A DNA stretch of 64,000 nucleotides from Chlorokybus atmophyticus (Eukaryota; Plantae; Mesostigma and Chlorokybus algae): positions 417,465 to 481,464 of the forward strand of contig RHPI01000560.1 of assembly GCA_009103225.1 (NCBI GenBank), read 5' to 3'. Position numbers and translations under genes: made by a program. A model generated the notes under the pieces. The model saw nothing but the letters and a program-made list of their open reading frames with translations. It ran no database searches and had not been told where the DNA came from. Of the stretch, positions 42,771-55,312 are shown one piece after another; within the stretch, counting starts at the first letter, position 1; every line of letters begins with the position of its first letter.

Positions 42771-45700
42771 TCATGACCTTTTCACAGGTGCAAGAAGAAC
42801 TGGACGAGCTGCAGCACTGTCGCCGTTCTCGTGCGACGTGGCTGTGGACTCAAACCATGCTGCATTGCTGCCTCGTTTCACGGGCTCAATCACCTGTTGT
42901 GCACACATGATCAACAACATTGTCATCAGAGACACTCCATGACCCAAAACTGCCACCAATGCGACCAGGAGGTAGCAAGATGGTGTTCGCTGTGAAGTAT
43001 GGACACAACAATTGAGCAATGCACACATGGATGTGATACCTGTACAGCACCGTTGCTGAGGCCAATTGCAAACTGCGATGGTATATACGGATGCGCAGCG
43101 ATAGAGAGGGGTGATATAGACGGTGAGCTGGGGGAAAGGACGTCGGGAGACAACTTGCAGCAAGGCTTCAGAGAAGCTGTGTCGAATATGCCAACAGAGC
43201 CATCTCTGAAAGCCACATAGGTGAGCATGCTGTCACAGGAAAAGACGGCACTGACAATTGGTGCATGGAGTGACAACGCTCGAGGTGACCAACTCCGCAG
43301 CAACTCCATCTTCGGGGGATCATATATTGCAAGCTGCAAAGGCGCACACATCACACATCATGCTTTGAATACCGACTGCGGCAACGAGACTGCAGGGCTC
43401 AAAAACCACTGGAACAACTCAGCCAAGCCGTCCGTACTGCCTTGCATTTCCTGCTGTCCCTAGACATCAGAACAACAACTCACCATTGACTCATGAACCA
43501 CGAGTAATTGGTGCTGATCAGAGTGAAACTGCACGCGCGCCTCTCCTGTCAATGGCTGACCATTTGAGGCAGTGAGCTGCTTGGTTTCAATCAGGTCCCA
43601 CGCATCCGTGCCCCAGATGCAAACTGAGGCATCAGCTGCTGATGACACCAAAACTTGCAGCGTGGTCGAAAACGCCAACCCCGTGATGTACTTCTTGTGG
43701 TTGCGTAGCTTGCTCTTGACTTCATCAAGCCGGACATTGTAGATTTGTACAGTAGAGTCCTCCATGCCAATGGCAATGATGTTGTTGTCTTGCGGGTGGA
43801 AGGCCAGGAATGTCGCAGCAGGCGGAGGCGGCACAAATGTTGTCATGACCTGCGAACATAGCATGTATATGCTAATGGCTAAGCACGATATTCGATGCCC
43901 AGAACGTACCTTGAAGGTGATAAGGTTGAACAGCGTAACCTTGCCGCCAAAGGCGGACAGAACGTACGAGTCGTTTTTGGAAAGCGCTACACAAGGGACA
44001 GCCATGCCTGGTTTACCATCAGCGCGTATATCATTCACCATCTGAGCTCCACTAGGAGGGGTATAGAGCGCTGGTGCAGCAGCAGCTGTTGCCTGCATAG
44101 TTGGAAAACATGTCAGTCTTAACGTGAGACTCTCAAACAACATGTGTTTACGTTTACATCTCATCGCAAAACCACAACTGACCTGATTGTCGGGGTTGCG
44201 TTCACCTTGTTGCCACCGCCATAACTTGTTTATAGCATGGGTGCCAAGAGCCATCAGTGCGTTGCCAGAGTTTGTGTACATCAACAGCAGAACTTGGGGT
44301 CCACTCTTCTGCAACCAAACGCTGTGTAAGAACCTGCACTGCCAACACAATGCACGCAACAACATACCTCATTCTGGGATAATGAATCTGGCAGTCGCAA
44401 GGATAAGCAATCACTCTCATCAACGAGTTCACCAGGGGACTCCGGTGCGGATGCAATAGCCAGGGGCCTCTCCTCATCCACAGGGCGCTCCTCCTCACCA
44501 TCAACCCTATCTCTGACAGCTTCCCTCTCCCTCTCCCTTTCCCTCTCCCTCTCCCGCTCTCTTTCCCTCTCCCTCTCCCTTTCCCTGTCTCGATCCTTCT
44601 CCCTTTCCCTCTCTCGCTCTCTGTCCCTGTCACGATCCCGGTCTCGGTCACTGTCGCGCTCTCGATCGCTATCGCGGTCCCTCTCGCGGTCTCGGTCTCT
44701 ATCCCTCTCGCGGTCTCGGTCCCTGTCACGGTCTCTGTCTCGGTGCCTTTCCTTTTCCCTCTCCCAATCCTTCTCCCTGTCCTTTTCTCTGTCTCTTTCC
44801 CTGTCGCGCTCGCGTTCGCGGTCTCTATCCCGATCACGTTCACGGGGCCTTTCTCTATCCCCATCACGCTCACGCTCGCGGTCTCGTTCTTTATCCGGAA
44901 GTGGCTGCAGTTGCCACAGTTACTGACTGCATACACCATGCATTGAGGTAGCCAACCCCTGTTTTCACACATCAAAGCCATGTGTAACCTGTTGAGGTGG
45001 AGAGTCCTCAGCGGGAGCTTTGCCTGCGCTTGATGTGGCCACTGCAGGTGGCTTTGCTGCTGGAATAGAATTCTTAACCGCTGCTAAACCAGCAATCGCC
45101 ATTGCCTCAGCCTGCACAGTTCCAATACTCCATGCATCAGAATGTACGTCTGTATACGCGCCACAAGTCCTCAGGTCTACTCGATACCAACCTGCTGCTG
45201 CTTCTCAGCATCTGCTGCTGCTGCGCCTTCCGCAAGCAGGCGCATACCCTCCAGATTCACAAGGACTTTTATGCTGCGGTCAGCAGCAGTCACAGCAAGG
45301 AGGGAACCTGGCTTATTGAATTTCACAATGGGGCTTGCCTGCAAGCACACCTGCAGATCAGTGCTGATCCCGGGAGAGATTAGCAGTGCACCCTGCAAGG
45401 GTAAAAGTAAACTACATACCGGAAGATCACCATCAGCGTCCAAAGCCATCAACATTGCTGTTGAGTCCATATCCCAGAACTTGACACGATGCCCATCGCC
45501 AGCAACAATGAACTTGTTCTTTATTGTGTCAAAACGGGCAATCACTTCTTGTCGGTTCCTGCGCATTGCAATGAATAAGCTAGTCAATCCAATATTGCAT
45601 GCATGCATTTTGTGACAGTGTGGCAATGCTCGACTTGTATGAGCAGAAATGGCTTTCTACTGGAAACATGTATGTGGCACTTACGCAAATCCTTGATAAC

Positions 45701-48700
45701 GGCGCTTGATTGCACCTTCACTTTCATTCCACTCGACCAGTGACGACTCCCCATCACGGCCGGCCCCACACGAAAAGAGCCTGCCACAATGCGTTGTGAG
45801 CTTGTTCTCCTGCCATGTACACTTGATCCCAGGTGATGTAACAACCAACCTGGTGCCATCAGAGCTGTACGCCATTGTGGTGCACCACTTGCCAGGAGCA
45901 TCATAATCAACGCGAGAGCCAAGGTTGTCATACAGCCAGGCTTTGATCTTGCCATCACGAGCAGTGGAGAACACAAACTGCAGAGATGCACACGTTTATA
46001 TACTGCGTGCAGATCATGAGCATGGCGTCCATGCGTCTGAAACTCAGAGCGCTCGATCACACACCTGAATATTCTCTTTATGATGCGGACAAACTGAATA
46101 CACTGGTCCCTCATGGCCCTCAAACACATACTGCCGTCTGCCTGTCTCGGCGTCCCAGACTTTGATAGTGCGATCATCACCACAGGTGATGACACACAAC
46201 TTGTTGTTTGGATAAGTAAATGCAAGGTCATTGACACCGCCTTCATGCGCATCGATCTGCATGCAGCATGTAGCTCGTTGTAGTCATCAACTTGACGACA
46301 CAAAAACGAGAGCAGTACTCTGCATGAGCATGCCCCAAAGTAGTGAAGACTCAGCGCGAAATCCCACCTCCAAGTGTTGCCGAATATCAGTTGGGCTGCC
46401 GTAGAGATACACATGGACAACGCGCAGCGAAAAGGCCACGCCAAAGAATTGGGCATCAGGACCCCACACAACTCTGTTAACTGCTGCCGTGCCCGAGACA
46501 TGTGCAGACTGCAGCAGATATGATAAGTTATTGTAACAACCGTAATCATCTACTGTAGCTAGTACTGCGGGCAGCATGCAAATTGCACCAACCAAGAAAG
46601 TGCTTCCCACGCGTTGCCTGATTGCGCAATGCAGTCAGCAGGAGCAAACTTACACACCTGAAATAACTTTTCGGCAAGCTTCTCTCTGCGTGCGACGTCC
46701 CAAAGCGTCACTTCTCCCATGTATGTTCCAGCTGTGGTGGAAACATAGTCAGCAACTAATGTCAGCTTGTCACAACTTCTTGGTAACCAGAGTAAACGAC
46801 GCATACCCAGAAGCAGTGTTGGCTTGGTTGGATGGAAATCAAGGGCAGATACCATCACGCCCTGGACAAGTGTGCATGCAACCTTCCTGGGCAAATCATC
46901 AGGAGTGTATTGCTGCTGTATGGCTGCTCCTTGAGGCACGCCAGCAAGAAATTGCCGACGCTCAGCATATGCTCTCAACTGCGACGCAACAACTGTCAGC
47001 GATGGCAACACTTAAGTGACCTTCAGTGCTGACCAAGCTACTCACATCTTCTGCTGGCACCCCTGCAGCAGCATTGCGCGAGCGTTTGAGGTGATGATCG
47101 TGATCACCATCTGCTGCCGGTACCCCTGGTTCCAAAACCATTGCAGTTGGAGTGCGCGGCCTCTTGCCTATAACGGGAGCAGCTGCACAGTAAAAGCAAC
47201 GTGTCATCTCGTAGCACACTGGGCTTTCAATCCACCTGTGACAGGCAGCTTACCGTAATTAGATTGCACAGGCAAAGCTGCAGTAGGCAATGTTGCTTGC
47301 GGGCCAAGAGGCGGTGGACCCGCCATCCACCCAGCCAGCTGCGCCGCCGCAGTAGGTGGAGATGCTGCTTGGTAAGGCTGTAACGAATTGCACCAGTAAG
47401 TTGACATGCAAGTGTGATACTTGTGTTGCCATAACAACAAACAGTAGTGATATGCATCAATAACCCTGATGCTGTTCAATGCACTCACCAGTACATGTTG
47501 GGCCTCAGGGCGCCTCCCCTGGTGTTGAGGGACACCAAAAGTAGGGTGTTTGAGAATGGGGGTCATCATCGACTGACCCAACGCAGGCTGTGCGGGAGCT
47601 GTGTGAACGCCGTTCAAAGGGCCACACGTGTGATCAGAGAACAGCGTCTTGATGTCAGGATTGGCGCGAGGTGTCTTGCAGAGCTGATGCTGCCAGTTGA
47701 GGCTGCCAAAGCCAGAAGCGCAGCGATCATCGCACTCCATATATGCGGCTGACATGAGATGCCCATGGCTATTGCACAGGGTAACATACCTTTGATTGAT
47801 TAATGTCCGCAGTCTTGACGCCTTGAGTGTTGGAAAGGTCAGCTTGTCGCGGAACTGAGGATTAGCTTCAATCAGCTTCTTGAGCTCCAGCAGCATCAGG
47901 TTTCGCGCCGACATGGTATCCCCGTAGCTTGCCAGCTTGTCATTTTCTCTGTTGGGTGATGAAGGCTTGGTGAACTGGAAAGAGAACTAGGGCAAATATA
48001 GTTTGGCTTTATCACAGCAAGTAACCGACCTGAAGTTGTCAAGGGTTAACAGCTGTGTCATTTCCTTGTACAACTCCTCGTTGAAGGTCATAAACACCTT
48101 CAGTTCTTTGACAAGAATTTCCACAGCAGCAGCGCGGTCACCCCTGTCAGATCAGCAATTGACACACTGACTGGGCTGGCCGCCATCACCAGGACTGAAA
48201 CAGGGCAACCCAAAGACAGCTAAGAGTTTGTGATGGCCACCGGACAAGAAAGCTGCCGCTGGATGAGTTGCCGTATCCGCAATATCTGCGATAGAGCAGT
48301 CCAGGACGCAGTTTGCCGATGTGGCAGCAGCTTACACGCAACTCGCACTACACTATCCCGGCCATGCCGACTACAAAACCAGCATCCCATTGGCACAAAT
48401 GGCAAACTAGAACGGACAGAAGCGTACGGCCACGCATTTCGCAAATACCGGCAGTACGTGCAAGAATACTGTCGCCTTTGATCTTGCTCTTCTTCCTGAA
48501 CCAGCTGACACTTCACAAGGCCGCAGTGGGGTGCGATCATCAACGGCATATTGGCATAATCAAAGGTATGGCATACACCTAGGACTGCAAACTGCTTACG
48601 CGTGCTACGAAGCAAAAAGTCCCGAACCGAGAACCACTACTGAGGCCATTTCGCTATGCCCACACATTGGCGCAAACGCATTTCCCTACTGAAGCCTTTC

Positions 48701-49314
48701 ATTGCGAAGGCAACTCTGAAAGCTCGAATGTGCGTGGTCGTTACGGAGCTAAGTTGCAACACACCACATCGGGTGCAGTAGTACTCAACCACCGCAACTG
48801 CTTCGCACACTGCAAGCTCTGCTGATGTGGTGAACTGAGTATACCATAGCAACTTCCATGCTGTATACCTGTCAAGGGCTTCGAGATACTTCTGCTTGCG
48901 GAGCTCAAAAAACATCTTCATAGAGTACCGATTATCGTCCACCTTGGTGAAACCGCTAAGGTACCTCTCCACTTCGTCCCATCTGCCCTCATGCACCTGC
49001 TCCTCGAAATACCTAAGGTTGAAGTAGAAACCGGCTTCCATTTCCAACCTGCCATACAACAAACGGCACACGTCGGCGAAGTACTAGACAGAAGCCTAGC
49101 ATGCAGCCCCGTGCAATGCTGCCGCAGCTCGACGGTTTACATATGCCGGCCCATGAAACCAAAAGCTAAGCTACAAATGTAAGCAGTACCACAGCAAGCC
49201 ACCAGCACAGTATTTGCTGAGTACCAGTACTTACTTGTGCACGGTTTCCTTGAACTTCTCCTCATCGAGAAACTGCAGGATGAGGAAAACCAGCTCACGA
49301 CTGAGGGAAGACAT
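42771..49314 (-). CDS. TPL: TOPLESS/TPR co-repressor (LisH-CTLH-CRA + two WD40 propellers), multi-exon, with an RD/RE insertion
   Basis: MSSLSRELVFLILQFLDEEKFKETVHK|, YLSGFTKVDDNRYSMKMFFELRKQKYLEALD, LIEANPQFRDKLTFPTLKASRLRTLINQ|SLNWQHQLCK, IDAHEGGVNDLAF, FSTARDGKIKAWLYDNLGSRVDYDAPGKWCTTMAYS, VPCVALSKNDSYVLSA, ATFLAFHPQDNNIIAIGMED; stop 42771. Confidence 0.96.
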
Positions 49315-49693
49315 GGCAGAGGTCGACGCTGCTGCCGCAGCGGCAGCAGCCGCTGCGGCAGCACCTCCTAACCCAGGATCCACGGCCCCCTAGACCCCAG
49401 CGCCGCCGCCTAGAGTAGGCGTTCAGCAGCAACTCACTGCCCCATACCCACCGCCCAGGTGAGAGACAGACAACCCGCTTTCACACACCTCGCACACAAC
49501 CACCCCGGGCAAGAACACAACGGCAAGGTACTAGCCTACTGCCCTTTTCCTCCAACTGCCAGCGCCCACATCCTGGACACCGCCTGCACCAAGCACCTCC
49601 TCGCCGTCCCCGCCGCCGCCGCCGCCGCCGCAGAAGGCATGCCGGCAATGATGACATCTGTTGAGCCCGTGGCAGGCACAGGCCAACGGCACT

Positions 49694-49701
49694 TAGGGTT
49701 T
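49694..49701 (-). promoter_or_regulatory. Telo-box at the TOPLESS 5' end
   Basis: TTAGGGTTTAG at 49693-49703, 380 bp upstream of the ATG in a CpG-rich tract. Confidence 0.55.
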
Positions 49702-51819
49702 AGCGTCCCATCCAGTAGGGACTTCGCGGTTTTTGTTCTCTTTGAAGCTTTTCTTTGTCGTATACGGTTCGGTTGCATTTTCTAAATCGCCGCGATCAGC
49801 GGAGCAACTTGCTCCGAGCTTGCGCCGACGACGTTCAACGAACCCGACAAACGTGACATCACACTGCCAACGCCAGGAGGGAAGAGCTACGCGCCGCAGA
49901 CAGACAGGGCGCCGAAACTTCCAACCTGCGCCGTTTCGACCTAGGAACCGCTCTCACGCCGCAGCGCAGTCAGCACCGGTCTAATCAGCGCTCTAAACCG
50001 ATGGGTATCCGCCAATACCCAGTGCCAGGCAACCGGCCCTGACTCAGCCAGTGACCGCCAGCTCTGCCATCTGCTACGGTTAAAGCGGCCGCAGCTACTA
50101 CTGCTTGCCGGAACTTATTGCGGCGCAACTTTCAAGCTGTTGCTTCTATCAGAGTTGAAAGTTATGCATGTTTGCTGGATGCACTAACACCCTCAAAGGC
50201 TCCAATGATTGTGTTGACGACAACATGAATCACGTACGGCTTCCCGTCCTCCGGAGCTACCCGGCTCTAGCTACAGCCTATAGCGCATAGGCTATAGGTA
50301 TCTGACGCCTGTGGCTATGGCCGACACACAATTTAGTACGATCCCATTGCCTGTACAGTACTGCAGCCGCGTTGATCCGATCTTTGATCCGATCATTAGG
50401 TTTCTGAGGTTTCATGTCGCAGCTCAGATATGCACGATGATTGCTCATATTCGTCAACAAAATAGCGCGCAGCCTGTACGGCGGGGAGTGGTGGACTACA
50501 CTGACGGTATGAACATTGTCACGTACGCTTGTATTTTCACTGACATCTGACGTAGGCTACGTCACGTAGCCAACCAGCGGGGCCTACTGCAACCTGCTAC
50601 TGATGCGGCGTCATCCCAAATGACGCCGCCGGCGGAATGACTCATTTAGGCGTGACTACAATCAGTGATAGCGGTGCAACCTTGCGAGACTTATCGACAG
50701 GTGCATGCCCTCGGGTACAAAACGGTTGAAGGCGATCCTGGCGAAGCATTTTACGCAAGTTTAGCTCGAATTGAAGTTATCACGGAGTGCTTCTATACAT
50801 GCGTAGTGTTATAATAGTTCGCAAAGCTGCGTGAAGCACGCTCCGAAAATACATAAAGGTGTGCTCACGCATGGCACCAGCATGGGCACACATACAAAGA
50901 AAGCAATAGCTTGATCTGGGGCCAAGGTAAAGCTTTTACACACCTGTGGGTTGGACACAACCATAAGTGTAGACCGTCAAGCAGCAATCGTGGTGTGGGA
51001 AGCAAGCAGAAGCACAGCAAGGGAAGGGGTGGCAACCTGTCAGCGCAGAGAGAGAGGAAGGACAGGTGAGACCCGGTCTTCAACAACAGTGGCAAGACGA
51101 ATAGACGGACAGACGGACGGACGGCCGGACAGACGGACGGCCACTTGAACCAACAGCCTGGCCCCCGCTTAGCTCTAGTGCACACGGTTGGTTATGCCGC
51201 CGCCATTTCCACTCTCAAATCCAAGATGTACACCTGAATTAGGTACCACTGTTAGACACCGCACACAGGCCATATGCAATGTGAATGCCATCCGAAAATT
51301 ATTTTCATAGTGGCTGTTAACGAAATGAGCCAGCCTGTGTCAAGTAGCATGGTAGCCGACCTCAAGCAGACGTATATCAGCATGCATACCAGCATAACCA
51401 CCGCATATATGATAACCAGCATTTATATCACAATCAGTCAAGTACGGTTAGACTTATGTCAATCTACTAAATTACAGCGGAGTAATGTGAGGTAGAGTTG
51501 ATGTTCATGACATGTAGTATACCATTGATTGAATGTGATGCTTACACAACTATGTGTTGTACCTATATGTTATGTGATAGTACGTTATATCCATAATATA
51601 TTGATGTTTGCTAGCATGTGTCTTACAATTTCCTTCCTTCACTTATTATCTAAAGTATTAGTAACAACTTGATGTAAAGTATAATATACGTTAAATTTAC
51701 ACATGTATCATGTGCAAATGTACATGATATACTTATATGTATGCATAATACAAGTGTTATGTATGTCACATGACATACATATGTTTACAAAAGTTACGTG
51801 GTGTACAACATATAGACAT

Positions 51820-51942
51820 GTATATACGTACATACAAACATGAATTATTATGTATATATGCACACACACACATATATACATACATAGCTAGATAGATATG
51901 TATATATATACATATAACCATATTGCATTATGTATAACACAC

Positions 51943-51974
<32 letters not shown>

Positions 51975-52035
51975 GTGCATACAATTATATACGTGCATAT
52001 AAGTATTATGTATAACACATATACACACACACATG

Positions 52036-52071
<36 letters not shown>

Positions 52072-52240
52072 CACATATTCATATATATGTACATGTATAT
52101 ATGTATATGTGTATGCGTATTCATACATATGTGTATATGTGCATATATATATACACACGTATATATACGAATATATATGTAATATATGCGTGCGCGCGTG
52201 TGTATATATATATATATATATATATGTTTATATATATATG
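51820..52240. repeat. Compound (TA)n/(CA)n/(TG)n microsatellite
   Basis: Interrupted dinucleotide runs throughout. Confidence 0.9.
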
Positions 52241-52399
52241 TTTAAAAGCGTACTGTGACATGAAGTAGGTAGCATGATAAGGTGATTCCAAAAACTCGAC
52301 TCCCTACACATGGACTTGTGCTTGCACTTCGGCCCCAGCCGCTTTGCCTAGCTTAGCCTGTAGTTAGCTAATGCAACTTAGGTGGCTTGCTTGTATTTG

Positions 52400-54360
52400 T
52401 TGGTGTGGTATGTTTTATCGGTGTCCGTGCCAAGTGTCCATGCATATTGTATGCTATGGGGCCTCACGGACTTGACCATAAAGACATAAGTGGGTTCCAA
52501 GTTCAAGTCCTTAAACTTTTAGGCTCATTACTACCCATTTCATAACACACACACACAGAGTATGACTCATACGCTTACATCAACATCGGTCACGTGGTTA
52601 CATGCGATTAAGCTATCGTGGGTTCAGCACGTGTAGCTACATTATTAGGTTGTGGAACATCTTTCCGCTTGCCAACAGTTCACAAGCTGGCCGAGAATGT
52701 GAACATCGTCATCTCTGCACAAGTATGCTGTGACAATTGAACTTAAACAGAGCACAACATGGTGCATGCAATCATCGGTGCTGACACTAATTAATCTCAT
52801 ATTAGCATACGTTAATGAATACGCAGTTGTGGATCACGCTGTAGTGAACACGCAAGACAGTAACTTAATGATAATGATCAGATGATACTGCAACAGTTTC
52901 TCAAACATATTGTCATCACAGTTGTGGGTAAGTGTGCAGGTGTGTTTGTGATTTGTGATTGTGTGTAAGAAATACTACCTATCAACCTAACTATAAAACC
53001 TGTCACAACCAACATATCGAGCAGTAACAAAGCATGTTGATATCATCATTGACAGATGTGCTACGTTTAACAACACACAAGGTTTCAAGCTGTTCACTAC
53101 CACGAACAATCAGCAAGCCCTATTACCACACTTATACACAATCATGAAAATGCACAAGTTACCACCCAAGCTTCACTTCATAGCGGCGTTTAAGACCTAA
53201 TTGACAAATGCATCACAATGGTCAAACAATGCGTTGAAAAGAGAGTATTACTACCTATCCCAAATGAACTATGGTGTAAGGTGTGCGAGTCAGTAAATGT
53301 GCAGTTGGTAATCAAATAGTCATTGGTGTTGTAAGACTCATCCACGTTTCAACCGGTAGTAGAATATTCTAACATAAGCAAAACACAACATTGGAAACCA
53401 ACACCACTGCATTTAGCCACATATGATTTTACAACGTTATACACAGCCATAGCACAGAACGAATTAGTAACCAGTGTCAACGTTTGTGCACCGAGTGTAT
53501 GACTACATGTACGACACATGTACAACCGTGTGTTATATCACTATAACTATAATTGACGATGTAGACACACATAATTGGTTGCATTCCTTGCCAATACGAT
53601 TAGAGCAAAACAAGCAGTATTTTAATGGACAACGGTTGATCACAATCTTGCAGTTTATCATCAACAACTGTTGTCAGAACAGCAAAAGACACACATTTAA
53701 GTATGCTTTTGTGCTTGCGGTGGTACAAGCGCATGACACAGCACTACTGGCTTTGATGGTGAATGGTGTTAAACGTTATTCGGATGACTTGTTTATTGCG
53801 GGCATTCACAGCTTCGATGCAATGTTGTACAATTGTTGCAAGTCCTTGCAAGTCCGCACATGCAGCATGTGGGGGTATCTACACACAGTACATGCTCACA
53901 GTGACATAGTCTTATGCTAGTGTGTCAATGCCGTTTTTAGATATAACCGTGTTTATTGTGCGAGCGTTGGGTGTGTGTTCCAAGGTCTATGACAAACGTG
54001 CACAACAGAGTTTCATGCACATCCCTACGCGCCAAGCACCGCATCAGTTGTAAGTACGGGATGATTACCAGCCAGTATGACACAAACACACTTCAGGCGG
54101 TTGAGCATGCACAAAGAAGACTTCACTCGTGAAATGATTAAGTTGTTGACGGACATGTGATGTCAGGGCTATGCAATTGGCCGTTTGTTGTCCAAGCTTG
54201 AGGGTAGAATGTGGCATGATCAAGCGTTGCTATCTTGAGTCAGTGCACGTCAGGTGTAACATCAAATGTATCGTGCAGTAATTGGCATGTGGGGAGCATA
54301 GATTATGCATAGATTATGCCCGCATGTATTGTTAGTGGCCGTGCCAAGTGTCCATGCATG
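52400..54360 (+). mobile_element. Decayed Penelope-like retroelement (reverse transcriptase relic) with a terminal direct-repeat remnant
   Basis: RT motifs in order, across frameshifts: VITVVGK..VCKKYY (about 52910-52980), LPHLYTIMKMHKLPPKLHFIAA (about 53120), ATYDFTTLYTAI (about 53420), KRYSDDLF (about 53770), GGIY..PFLDITVF..SKVYDKR (53870-54000), KYGMITSQ..HFRRLS..EDF..GY. 21-bp direct repeat ccgtgccaagtgtccatgcat at 52425 and 54339. Confidence 0.85.
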
Positions 54361-54620
54361 CATAAAAGATTAACACTAAGCATAATGATTGCTTGCCATG
54401 AGTGCAATAGCATGCAACAAGTATGTTTGCACACTACAAGGGTCTTTACATTAACACCCCCGTTTGCGTCACAAATTGTTTCCCCTGGCAGCCAACTAAA
54501 AATTGGCAACGGTCGTGCACCTGAAGACACTTAATTAGACTATCGTGGCTTAATCCATCTGTAATCTCAATACAGCGACCTGAGTACAACTTCCGTTACT
54601 ATCAGGTTTTTCTAGAACAA

Positions 54621-54885
54621 TTCAGTCTTTAACAGTTGACTATGCCTAATTAACAGCCACCTTTCAGCTACTTATCAGGCTTTAACAGGTAACTAGACCT
54701 GATTAATGGGCACTAGTCAATTAACTATCAGGCTTTAATAGGTGACTATGCCTAATTAACGGGCACCTGTAAGTTACACATCAGGCTTTAACAGGTGACT
54801 ATACATAATTAACAGGCACCTGCAAGTTACACATTAGTCTAACTTAGGTGACTCAGCCTATATGATAGGCACTTGCAGGTTACAC
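54621..54885 (+). repeat. 53-bp minisatellite, 5 degenerate copies
   Basis: Units start at 54621, 54674, 54727, 54780 and 54833; consensus atcaggctttaacaggtgactatgcctaattaacaggcacctgcaagttacac. Confidence 0.9.
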
Positions 54886-55312
54886 CCGTCCAGCACAGCT
54901 GACTGAGCAGCAATTTACAAGCACTCACTAAATAGTTGCCGACAAATTAAGGCATTCCGCAAGCAACTGAAGGTGACTGATGCCTAACTGTCGTTATATG
55001 TATTTGCATAGCATCACTGCACGCGGCTGTCAGTGATTGCCAGCATCATTATGTGCATGTGTTGTGTACACGTACCTGAGGTGTGTACAGTGTCTTCTAG
55101 TCACTTGCCAAGGCTTGTGGTTCGATTAAGTGACTTGCCTTGTCTGCAGTCCTGTTGTATATCATAAGGATGCAAGTTGTTACATGCATGAGCATAGTGA
55201 CAATTGATTGAGCTAATCTGAGATGCACAACACTAAGTTACAAGAGCCTTGCAGCTGTGTACACTAGCAGCTAAATGGACTACTAGTTGGTTGTACTAAC
55301 TGCGCTACAGCT

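Noticed and set aside
44202-44981. 259-aa ORF rich in T/E/G (GIETETARG...)
   Set aside because: Wrong frame of the TPL RD/RE exon; splice phases and the CLSLRLPD motif select another frame.
54621-54885. CRISPR-like array
   Set aside because: Contiguous tandem units with no unique spacers; a minisatellite.
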